DNA of 63,713 nt, filler included, from Reticulomyxa filosa (taxonomy: Eukaryota > Protista > Foraminifera), in assembly GCA_000512085.1 (NCBI GenBank). It is 21 parts of 21 records of this genome, joined end to end, with 100 filler letters (N's around TTAATTAATTAA, not from the genome) between each part and the next. Parts side by side here need not be neighbours in the genome. Positions count along the whole stretch, not along the records: positions 12,585 to 15,125 come from ASPP01007293.1; positions 15,226 to 17,569 come from ASPP01006349.1; positions 17,670 to 21,733 come from ASPP01023462.1; positions 21,834 to 23,104 come from ASPP01009430.1; 17 more parts are not named here. One strand, 5' to 3'. Position numbers and translations under genes: made by a program. The notes beneath the pieces are model-generated. The model searched no databases. It saw only the letters and a list, made by a program, of their open reading frames with translations, and was not told the origin of the DNA. This document shows positions 12,643 through 23,204 of this stretch, piece by piece. How positions within the stretch are numbered: the stretch's first letter is position 1; each line of letters begins with the position of its first letter.

Positions 12643-14515
12643 GCCGATGTTTTTTGCCGCAGCATGCACAATTAACATTAAGATCAAACGAGGTAGAATA
12701 CAAAAAAATATTGGAGATAACTACAATTCCAATCAAAGACCGCCTTCGTCGAATTGATGGATTGGTGGAGGTGCTACGAAGAACGGGTGAAAGGATCACT
12801 CAAGAAAAAAAGAAAAAGATAGAGCCCGCAAAGATTCAAGAGAGCGAAGAAAAAAAGGAAAGCTCGAGTTCGGGAACACTTCCTTTTAAGATCGATCTCA
12901 GACCGGTCATGGTGAATGCAATAAAATTACAGTTTCCACAAATCAAGTATATGCTCAAGGGAGAAGAAAAACCAACAACAACATGTGTGACAGATATCGA
13001 CTGGGGTGCAAGTGGAGGTAGATATATTGGAGGCACAATACCTCTACGAAACTGGGCGATTGTTGTAAATGCCAAAGATAGAGATGCAGACTACCAGATT
13101 GAAAACATAGAGCATGAATGGATATCCTTTATTTCATTCCGTGACTTACCAAAAGACACAGTGGCGAGTCCCGACATTTTACGTATCGAATATGACAATG
13201 TCGAAGGCTATCGTGCCATCCTTCAAAGATCGTATCAACTGGCCATGTTGGTGTTACCAGAAGAAGAGATAGGTTCGCAGTACAAATCTCATTTCACTCG
13301 TATTCTGCAATCGGACAAAGCAAAAAACAAGGCGTGCTTAATTCAGTGTATACTACGAGGAAATGTATGCCATCCAAAGACTAAAAGATGCGACAGAAAT
13401 GTTATGAAATGTACCTTTGATGCAGTTATGGCGAAAATTGGCAATGTTCTATTCCAAATTGATCCAAACCTCCCTAGCGGAACAAAAGTAGTAAATATGC
13501 GTAAAACGTGGTGTGTGGGTGTGGAGTTATCGCATCGTTCGGAAAAACCGAGTGCGATTATATTGGCTCTAAGTACGTCCCCTTTAGAGGGAGGTTTGCG
13601 ATCGTGGCATTTTACCACGCATTTGAATCCTTCAAGAAAGGATGTCATAACGTTGGAAGCTGCTGCCACTCTGATGTTTGACGCAATACAAATGGCCGTT
13701 GAAAATGTCGGCACAAGGAATCTGCCAGAGAACATTATCGTCTTGCGAGGAGGGTTGCCTGATAATCGATTGAATGAACTTTATTCAAAAGAATTAGTTG
13801 GTGTGGCAAGAGGGATACACCGATTCAAAAAAAATTTTGGAAATACTGATGAAAATGTTCAAGGATGGAAGTGCAAACTAACTTATATAGTTAGGTGTAA
13901 ACAAGTATTGGACCGATTCGGACAACTAAAAGATGGATCGGAAATTGTCCATCCAATTAAATCACCTGCTACCATTTTTGATAGAATTACATCTGAAAGG
14001 TATTTATGCTACAATGCAATAAACAACAAACAAAAAAATTGGATACACAATATACCAACAATATTATGTCAAGGTTTTGGGATTTTTACATATGGCCGTT
14101 TCATCCAAGAAAAGACGACGCCAAAACCAGACCCTCTCGTTATGTGGTGCTCAAAGATGAAATAGGTTTTGCCAAGAAATGTGCTTTGGATTTATTTCAA
14201 TTACTATACTCGTTATCTTACACGTTTGTCTTCTCGGTCCCGTTTCCATGTTAAGAAGTTTTTTTTTACAACGCTTTGTCTGATACTCTTTGAAAGAAAT
14301 ATTTTGTGTGGAGTACAGTGGGCCCAACTGCATATCCCGGACCGCTGAAATATGCAAAACATTATGCAGAAAGATTTTCACAAATGATCTTCAGGGCAGA
14401 CAAGTCAATTGTGATGCTAAAGCGAAGCAAAAAATTAATTAATCAGCCACAAGTATCAACACCTGTTCAAGACTCCAATCAAAGGATTGAGTCACACAAT
14501 ACAATTGGTTACTAG
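12643..14515 (+). CDS. Divergent Argonaute/PIWI-family protein, 5'-truncated (end of PAZ, L2, MID, PIWI). Exons 12643-13999, 14074-14249, 14319-14515
   Basis: Argonaute motifs in the expected order: FLPQHAQL (PAZ end), NWAIVV, LVLP...Y, IQCI, MAKIG (NAKLGG-like), VGVELSH...PS (GxDVxH), LPENIIVLRGG (P..IIxYRDG), KLTYIVRCKQVLDRF (FIVVxKRxxxRF), DFYI...TRPSRYVVLKDE, LLYSLSY, YPGPLKYAKHYAER (PAPxYYAHxxAxR). Two GT-AG introns (74 and 69 nt) join three ORFs in frame. Confidence 0.88.
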
Positions 14516-15332
14516 TTTACTGAGAAGAGAGAAAAAAAAAGAGAATCCAGTTGATAAATTGGTTTCACAATAGTTATTTTGCATTTGTACTATACTATAT
14601 TTTTTGGTAATTATTTGCTGTCAATGTTTTCATTACTTGAAATTGAAAAATAAAATTTTTCGAGTTATTTGTTTTTCCAACGCAATTCGACAATTGGGAA
14701 AAAAAATGGAAATGCGAGGATAAAAACAATTAGAAAAATTAACAGTTGTCAATGAAGCAAGCACAAAGCTTATCCAGGTAATCAATATGTATCATTTCTT
14801 GTTGCAGATGAAAAAGTACTAATAAAGCAATCTTCTCAACGAAGTGCGTTTACATGAAGCACAAAATTACAAATTGCGTTTGCAATTACTTAATTTATTT
14901 AAAATATAAGACTTGGTCTTACAAAACATTTTTAAAAAGTTGTTCGCAGAACTGTTACTTAACAGGATACGAAAATGTTGCTCTTTTGAGCAATTTTTCT
15001 ATACAAACAAAAATACAGTACAATGCAAAGTAAAGTTGACACCTAAAACGGCACCTTATAGAATGATTGATTTTCTACGTGAAAAACAACATTCAGACAT
15101 AATTTTGTTTTTTTATTATATCTTTNNNNNNNNNNNNNNNNNNNNNNNNNNNNNNNNNNNNNNNNNNNNTTAATTAATTAANNNNNNNNNNNNNNNNNNN
15201 NNNNNNNNNNNNNNNNNNNNNNNNNCTCAAACACAACAAACCTCCAGCAAAAAAGCTGCCAGTCAGCATTAACTGACTGGCATTGGGCGCCCCGCGCCGG
15301 GTTTTGTTTTGCCGGCGGCCAACCCTGCGCCG

Positions 15333-15811
15333 TTACGACGCGCCGTCGCTGTCGGCGTCCTGTGGCACGGCGGTGGTGTATTTGCAGGTGTTGATCACCA
15401 CCAGCGATTCGAACTCGCGCACGTGCGGGTTGTTCATCAGGTAGGTGCGGGCAAAGCGTTCGTAGTCGGCCATGTCGCGTACCAGCACCATCAGCACAAA
15501 ATCCGGCCGGCCGGTGACGTTGTAGCACTCCATTACCTCGGGCGCGGCCTGCATGCTGGCCTTGACGCGTCCACCAGCGGCGTTTGCGCCCGCTGCAGCA
15601 TCACGTTCACCACCAGGCGCAGGCTGCGGCCGAATAGCGCCGGGTCCACCAGTGCCACCTCACGCTGGATGTGGCCGTCGGCGCGCAGCCGCTTCAGGCG
15701 GCGGGTGACGGCGGTGGGTGACAGGTTCACCGCCTCGGCCAGCGCGTCGTGGGTCTGGCGTGCGTCTTCTTGCAGCAGTGCCAGCAGCTTGCGGTCGTAG
15801 TTATCCAGCAT
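15333..15811 (-). CDS. Lrp/AsnC family transcriptional regulator (single-base frameshift near 15567)
   Basis: HTH LDNYDRKLLALLQEDAR...LAEAVNLSPTAVTRRLKRL; C-terminal PEVMECYNVTGRPDFVL. Inserting one T (GCG TTC AAG) joins the two ORFs. Confidence 0.9.
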
Positions 15812-15938
15812 GTCAGTTTTCCTGCATTGAGTCGGCCAAAGTCGCAGCGTGGCTGCGCTGTCGTGCATGATAACGCAGCAGGCGGCGGCGGGGGCTTGCC
15901 TACACTGGCGCTATTGTCCTTGCTCCGGAATGCCCGCC

Positions 15939-16848
15939 ATGACCAGCGCCAGCCTCAGCCGCCGCCTTGCGGCCAACCTTGCCGACCTGTCCGCCAGCCG
16001 CTGGCTGCCCTACGCGCTGTTTGCCGGGCTGGTGACGATGTGGGCCTACAACTACGTGGTGATGAAGGTGACGCTGCAGGCCACCACGCCGCTGACGCAC
16101 CTGATCCTGCGCACCAGCATCGGCAGCCTGACGCTGTTTGGCGTATTGCTGGCGCGCGGGCGGGCGCTGAAACCGCAGCGCTTGGGCGACGCCGCCAAGG
16201 TGGGGCTGATCACCACCTTTTGCCTACGGTCTGACGGTGACGCTGGCGCTGGTGGCCGGCGCTGCCGGCCGCACCTCGGTGTTGGTGTTTCACCATGCCG
16301 TTCTGGGTGGCGCTGCTGTCGCACTGGCTGCTGGGCGAGCCGTTTTCCGCCAATGCCCGCCGCGCGCTGGCAGCCGGTTTTGCCGGCCTGATGCTGATCG
16401 TGGCGCCGTGGCAGCTGCACGGCGGCGTGCTGCCGATGCTGCTGGCGGTACTGGCCGGTCTGTTGTGGGCGCTGGGTTCGGTGCTGACCAAACGGGCGGC
16501 GCAGAACGGCCCGCTGGACAGCCTGAATTTTTCCGGCTGGCAGGCGCTGATCGGCCTGGCGCCGTTGCCGCTGCTGCTGCCGTTTGCCGACTTTGCCGGT
16601 ATCCAGTGGTCGGTGCCCTTCGTGCTGGGGCTGGTGTATTCGGGCGTGTTCTCCAGCGCCGTGGGCTGGCTGGCCTGGCTGTGGCTGCTGCGCCGCCTGC
16701 CGGCGTCTACCCTCAGTTTCAACGCGCTGGTGATTCCGGTGCTGGCTGTGGGCATGGCCGCCAGCAGCCTGGGCGAGTGGCCGGGCCGGCCGAGCTGGCC
16801 GGCATGCTGCTGATCGGTACCGGCATTTTGCTGATCTCGCGCCGTTAA
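15939..16848 (+). CDS. EamA/DMT family transporter, divergently transcribed from the Lrp regulator; several frameshifts
   Basis: WAYNYVVMK...LR; AGRTSVLVF..MPFWVALLSHWLLGE; WALGSVLTK; C-terminal LGE...GMLLIGTGILL. Multiple TM segments split across frames. Confidence 0.85.
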
Positions 16849-16961
16849 GCCGCTAAAGCCCTGTGCGTGGCAGGGCCTTGTCGGCAGGCGGGGGCCGGGG
16901 CCGGCCTCTATAATGGCCGCAACCTCTACTGTTGCGGCCAACCCGGCTGCCCCGCGCCCCG

Positions 16962-17569
16962 ATGCTCGATCTCTTCTTCATTCGCGATGGCGTGCCCACC
17001 GCGCTGCTGCTGCAAGGCAGCTACCGTTTCGACCTGCTGGCCCTGTCGGTGCTGGTGGCTGTGCTGTCGTCCATCATGGCGCTGCAGGTGGCCGGCATGG
17101 CGCGGCTGGCCAATGGCGCCGTGCTGCGGCAAACAGCTTTCCTCACCGGCTCGTTCTCGCTGGGGGTGGGCATCTGGTCGATGCACTTCATCGGCATGCT
17201 GGCCTTCAACCTGTGCACCACGGTGAGCTATGACTACCGGCTGACGCTGCTGTCGATGCTGCCGGCTATTTTTGCGTCCTGGGTCACCCTCAACCTGTTA
17301 TGGCAGCGCCAGATCACCAGCCTGCAGCTGTTGCTGGGCGGCGTGCTGGTGGGCAGCGGCATCGGCACCATGCACTACAGCGGCATGGCCGCCATGGTGA
17401 TGGCGCCGCAGCTGCGCTACGACCCGCTGTGGTTTGCCGCGTCCATCGTGGTGGCGGTGGTGCTGGCCATGCTGGCGCTGTGGATACGCTTCGGCCTGCG
17501 CCGGCGCGGCACCTTCACCGCCATGCAATCCATCGTGCTGGGCGGGGTAGTGATGGGGCTGGCCATTGC
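16962..17569 (+). CDS. MHYT-domain membrane sensor protein (kinase or GGDEF type), 3'-truncated
   Basis: GIWSMHFIGMLAF and GIGTMHYSGMAAM MHYT repeats; a third repeat is cut at the contig end. Confidence 0.9.
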
Positions 17570-19671
17570 NNNNNNNNNNNNNNNNNNNNNNNNNNNNNNN
17601 NNNNNNNNNNNNNTTAATTAATTAANNNNNNNNNNNNNNNNNNNNNNNNNNNNNNNNNNNNNNNNNNNNAAAAAACAACAAAAGAAAGCTTGAAAGGTTC
17701 TTAAAATTTCTGTCCGAGTTTTTTGAGGTTAAAAACTTTGTTCCTTTTGTCGACGTCAATAATTCAAACTTCGCGGGCAAATTCATTGTGAAAAGTATCT
17801 GTTAGGTTTTCATTTGTTAGAAGAAGCAAAATTCGGGTGCAATAGACTTTATTCCGGTCTGGAAGAGAACGAGACCAGCAAACTCACAGCAAGAGTGACT
17901 ACTTTAAAATGGGGAACACATTGACAGAGCAAAACCTGTCTGAAAATGCTTTACGCGGAGCATTTCAACAAGACCAATTGCTTCTGTCTTACGATGTAAA
18001 ATTTTGTGCGTGTGTAAGGACAGGATAATTTGGTGAGACCTTCAACTTAGGGAAAGAGATGTGTGTGGGGGTGTATACGGGTAACACAGGAGGATAAATT
18101 ATTCAGTGCGGATTTCCCGCGATTATATTCATTTGCATTGTGCACAGCAGTTGTAAACCGATCTAAAGACAAGTTAGGCAATGACATTTCCAAAGTACTG
18201 TTTGAGATGTGTTTGAAAGGAGGGGGGAAAAAAAGAAGATTGCAAAGGGACAACGAAGGGTTACGTGAAAGCAGTTAGCGTTGTGTGTATGTTTCAACAT
18301 AGACAAGAATATGATAAGGCGTTAAATAGACGAAACAAATTGGCAGATATTGACAATATCTTTGTCACGGCAAACACGACAACATTTATGTTCGTTCTTT
18401 TTTTAAATTTCCAACGTGTTTATGTTCAAAAGTCAACAAGCAAAAAAAAGGGGACAAAAAAAAAAATGTAATACAGACAGAATTGGTTGAGAGACAATGA
18501 AAACAAAAAGGAAATAACGCGAAGTATGAGTGATATAAGCGGAACTTTGGAACAAGAGACCCCTGAAGAGACAGGGAAGAACGCAGCACCAATAGTGCTA
18601 GATTATGGACATTCAGTCATACATCGGTTGAATGAATTTCAAAGCAAACAAATCAAATATTTGCAACGAGAAATCAGTTTTTTAGTTCGAAATAACGACC
18701 CTTATCGTCATTTAATTGATGCGCGTTTCGATATACTCGAACGAGCATTTTTGGCCAAAATTCGATCACGAAAAAGATTGGAAGTTTTGTTTGGTTTTTA
18801 ATGAGCTGTTGTTGAAAAAGAGAAATTTGTTTAAGAAAGAGAAGAAAAGGAGGGGGGCAAAAAAAGGAACTATGACACTTGTTTTTTTAAAAAAAGATTG
18901 CGTGTACGTTTTTTTTTTGGATGAGAGACACTGCAATGTAAGATTGATTGTTTTAACAATAAAATAACAAAAACGGCACAGATTGAAGGAATACGCTCTG
19001 TTTTTAGCAAAGACGCGAAAATTCAATTTATTTGCTACTTTTTTGGAAGAAATGATTATTTTGAAAAACTAAAATCCAAGGAACAAAAAGAACTTAAAGA
19101 TACAACCACTGACGAACATGCCAGTGATATCACTGCTACTACTAAGAGTAAAAAAGTAGACCGACTTAAAAAAAGAGCTGAAAAAATCAGTTTGGTAACA
19201 TGCAATAGAAAGAACACTATCATATACAAATGAAAAAAACAAAAAATTCATCGATTCCACATTTCGTTGATTTTAATTTGAAAATCCGTTAAATATAACA
19301 TACAAAAACTTCAGAACCGTTTGGCGACAAAGTACCCAAAGATAATGATGCCACTACAGCGCCAAGTGAAGAAGAGATTCGAATTCGAACTCAAGTGATA
19401 ATGTTGAGTGAACCAGAGTATTGCAAACATTTCATATACGCGGATGAGTTTTTGGAAAAGCTAATTGCATTATCAGCGTCATTGCCAAATGAATTGGAAG
19501 CACTGGAAGACTTTGAGTCAAGGATAGAGGCCAAAAGAAAAAAAATGCTGAATGAATTGCTCGCACAGAAAAAAGAAGCAACTGCAGTTTCACTGAACAA
19601 TTATTTATAAAAAAACAAAATAAAAATACAATGCAAAAATATGACTTTCTCTTTGACAGAAGATCAAAACG

Positions 19672-21733
19672 ATGACTTATCAATCATTGAGCAGTAATGC
19701 AAGCAATAATGCCAATGTCCTATTTGGACTAGTGAATCCAAACAACAGTGCACCTAGCAATGATAATAACAATAATGTTCCTAACAATAATGCAAACGCG
19801 GCACAACTGTCACCAAGTCTCAATTCAATGATACCACCAGTTGTTTCTGAACAACAACAGCAACAGCAACAACAACCAGTATTTCAAAATAACGACGCCA
19901 ATGCTGCTGAGGCTAGACCACCACATGCTCCACAAGACATAAACAACAATGCAAATGTTGATGACATGGAACACATTGGCGATGCTGTTGATTGGGGGGG
20001 TCTTCGACGAGGATTTAGCATTGATGAGCCCAATTTGTACGAGCCACAACATGCAGCTGGAGGGGATGAAGAATTAGAAATACAAGCTGTGCTGGAACTG
20101 AGCGCACAACAAGCAGCAGTGCTTCGCAATGAAGCTGCAAATGAGAACAATGACAACAACAATGGCGGTAATGCGCAACCACAAGATAACGCACAACAGA
20201 TCAATGCAGGAGTAGAGCAAGCACAAGTACAAGCACAGCCACAAGCGCAACCACCAGTACCAGAACAGGCACAAGCGCAACCACCAGTACCAGAACAGGC
20301 ACAAACGCAAGCACAGGAACAGGTACAAGTGCAAGCACAGCCACAAGCACAGCCACAAGCACAGCCACAAGCACAGCCACAAGCACAGCCACAAGCACAG
20401 CCACAAGCACAACCACAAGTACAACCACAGGTACAACCACAGGTACAACCACAGGTACAACCACAGGTACAACCACAGGTACAACCACAAGTACAACCAC
20501 AGGTACAAGCGCAACCACAAGCACAGGAACAACAGGCTCAAGCACAAGTACAAGTGCAAGCACAACCACCGGCGCAGGCACCAGAACAGGCACAAGGACA
20601 AGCGCAAGCAGTGGAACACACTCAAGCAAACGTGCAAGCAGCGCAAGCGCAAATGACCAATACAATCAATGCTCTACATGACCTTCTTCGAGAAAATCAA
20701 GAAAACGATGAATTTCTAGAACGACAACGAATAGAAGAAGAAGAGCGCCAGAGGATTGAAGAAGAAGAACGAATAAGAATCGAAGAAGAAGAGAGGGTTA
20801 GGATAGAAGAAGAAGAACGCCAACGGGAAGAACTCCGATTGCGCCAAGAAGAGTACAGAATGCATGCAGAACAAGAGAACAGGCATTGGGGAAATTATCA
20901 ATTCCAAGCAAACGCAGAAGATCAGTACTATGAATCTCAAAGTTTGTCAGAGGCCTTGTTTAATGGTGGTGATCAGCCCACTGCGATCAATGAAATTGCA
21001 CAAATCTGGAGATCCAGCGCAATGCAAAATCGCAGAGGTGGTTATGATGGACGACGAGGAGGCCGAGGTCGTGGACGTGGAAGAGGAGGGGTATGTTTTA
21101 TATCTATATTAGCCATGAAACAGAATCAAATTATTTTAAAAATTTACAATCTCTTCTTTTGTTGGTCGGTGTGCAAATGTGAAAGGGACATGGGATGTTT
21201 GGACGAAGAGATGAACCTGTGGATGATTGGCAACAAGTGGTGATGCCATCCCAACGACAAGCAAACCAAGAGCGATATCAAGAAAGTGTCCGTCGTGCAA
21301 GAGATCGCATGGAGAGACAAAGAGAAATAGACGAAAATGATTCAGACGAAGAAGATGTCGATGCAAAACAAGAAGAAGAGAAAAAAAGAAGAGGCTCATG
21401 TGGCAGATGCAGCAGGAAATCCACCACAAGCGCAACTTCAAGGACAAGTGCAAGAGGCAAAAGCAGAAGCGGAAAGTGATGAGCCCTTCCAAGCTGAACA
21501 ATTGTTGTTCTTTTTGGTAAAACATTGCATTGATGAAGTGGCGGATGTGTGCAAGCGAGCGAAAGATATCAGTGAGTACAACAAAGAAATTACCAAAAAA
21601 AGGAAGAATGGACCGCGAAACGCGCAGAAGAAGAAAAAGTACAAAAACTGCAACCGCAAGAACCAAAAACTGAAGAGAGTGCCAAAACTCAAAAAGAAGA
21701 CAAGAGTGAAGAAGATAAAGATAAAGATAAAGA
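19672..21733 (+). CDS. Low-complexity N/Q-rich protein with UIM-like motif, QAQP/QVQP repeats, charged ER-rich helix and RGG box; multi-exon, probable upstream exons about 19100-19590
   Basis: 523-aa ORF; [16 protein letters not shown] at about 20065-20112; RIEEEE repeats; [12 protein letters not shown]; intron from about 21091 (GTATGT) leading to [11 protein letters not shown]. Confidence 0.6.
20328..20520 (+). repeat. Coding 12-bp tandem repeat: CAAGCACAGCCA (QAQP) units followed by CAGGTACAACCA (QVQP) units
   Basis: Directly visible perfect tandem units. Confidence 0.95.
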
Positions 21734-21833
21734 NNNNNNNNNNNNNNNNNNNNNNNNNNNNNNNNNNNNNNNNNNNNTTAATTAATTAANNNNNNNNNNN
21801 NNNNNNNNNNNNNNNNNNNNNNNNNNNNNNNNN

Positions 21834-23090
21834 AGCAACAGCGTCATGCTTCCGAACAGCGACATTTCCAGTTCGTCGTCATCGTCTTCCTCTTCGTCTC
21901 CGCTTTGTCCCTCGGCCCTCTTCTGTCTGGACTTCTCCGTCTCTCCTCGTGTCGGCTCATTGCGAATGGTCAGATCCAAGTGCTTGGCCTGTTTGACCAC
22001 GTTCATGTCTTTCAGCTCCAACTCCAGCTCGTCCTCTTCCTTGTGTTGTTCGTTGCCTTCCATCAGATCTTTGTGCGTGTGTAACACAAACACTAGCAAG
22101 CACGAATACATTATCAACAGCATCACCGCCGCAGCTCGAGATACCATCAGTTCATCATCCATACTTTTTCCTATTTATTTATTTATTTACTTATTTATTC
22201 GTTCACATTACAACCAGTTTTTTTTTTTCTCCCCTTCCCCCTCCCCCCCCCTTCAAAAAAAAAAAAATGGGAGGCCCCTTTTTTTTTTTTTTTTTGGTCC
22301 AACTATACCGGTATAAGGGGCTGGCAGGATCATGACAAACGAAGCCAACATCAACAAACAAACATTGGCGCTCGTGGCAGCCACATTAAAGTGTGCGTCT
22401 TCTTTGAATCCGTGCGCCAAGAAAGCGCATCCCAACACCAGCAGGGAGTTGCTGAATATGCTTCCGATCAGCGAAAATTGCACCACCGTTATCATCGTGT
22501 CGCGTTTGTCCAGCTGGTTGTTGTTCGCAAAGCTCTTTGCTTTCGACAATGCCAAGATCATCACCACTATCTTTTTTTTGTTACAATGTTGTGTTTGTCT
22601 AACTTTTTGATCACGTCCGAGTGCTTTTGCACAAAAAAAAAAAGGGAGGAGAAGGGGGAGGGGGAGGAAAAAAAATAAAAACGAATTTGAGCCGCTTTTT
22701 TTTTTTCCCCCCCCACCCAATCAATTTACTTCATACCTCGACTGCGTTTCCAAAGGTTGCGTTTAATAAACCTCCAATTGTTTCGCCAAGCTGTTTCCAT
22801 CACACAACACACACACACACACATCCACCACGTTTTCAAACATAAACTCTGTAAAGAATCAATACATTAAAATAAAGATAATCAAAGATATACATGGGTT
22901 GCCAGACTTTCTCTGAACACCGTGAAAGGATGGCGGTCATGTCATTACGTATACAGAGGAAAAATAGTTGCGACCAAGGTTTTAAGAGGTTGTTATTAGT
23001 TGTGGTTGTTTTCACACATACAAAAAAAACAACAACAAAAAAAAAAAAACAATGAGCCACGTGTCATATTACCTCTAAACTCTCCTTAAT
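21834..23090 (-). CDS. Ca2+/H+ exchanger (CAX family), internal multi-exon fragment
   Basis: GETIGGLLNATFGNAVE (about 22737-22787), SLIGSIFSNSLLVLG, SR..A..LL..Y...L.F.LHTH, acidic loop EEEDDDDELE. Confidence 0.9.
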
Positions 23091-23204
23091 ACACATATTC
23101 TCTCNNNNNNNNNNNNNNNNNNNNNNNNNNNNNNNNNNNNNNNNNNNNTTAATTAATTAANNNNNNNNNNNNNNNNNNNNNNNNNNNNNNNNNNNNNNNN
23201 NNNN

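Larger units (their letters stand above)
15226..17569. other. Bacterial contig (high GC, proteobacterial-type genes); likely contaminant, prey or associated bacterium
   Basis: Abrupt high GC between spacers, intronless and tightly packed genes. Confidence 0.9.

Noticed and set aside
12643-17569. Argonaute next to bacterial Lrp/EamA/MHYT genes as a prokaryotic Argonaute operon or HGT island
   Set aside because: A spacer separates them, and the Argonaute has spliceosomal introns and host-like composition.
20328-20520. CRISPR array
   Set aside because: Head-to-tail 12-bp coding repeats without unique spacers, and no cas genes.
20074-20665. Antisense ORFs with LWLY or VVVP repeats
   Set aside because: They are shadows of the QAQP/QVQP coding repeat on the opposite strand.
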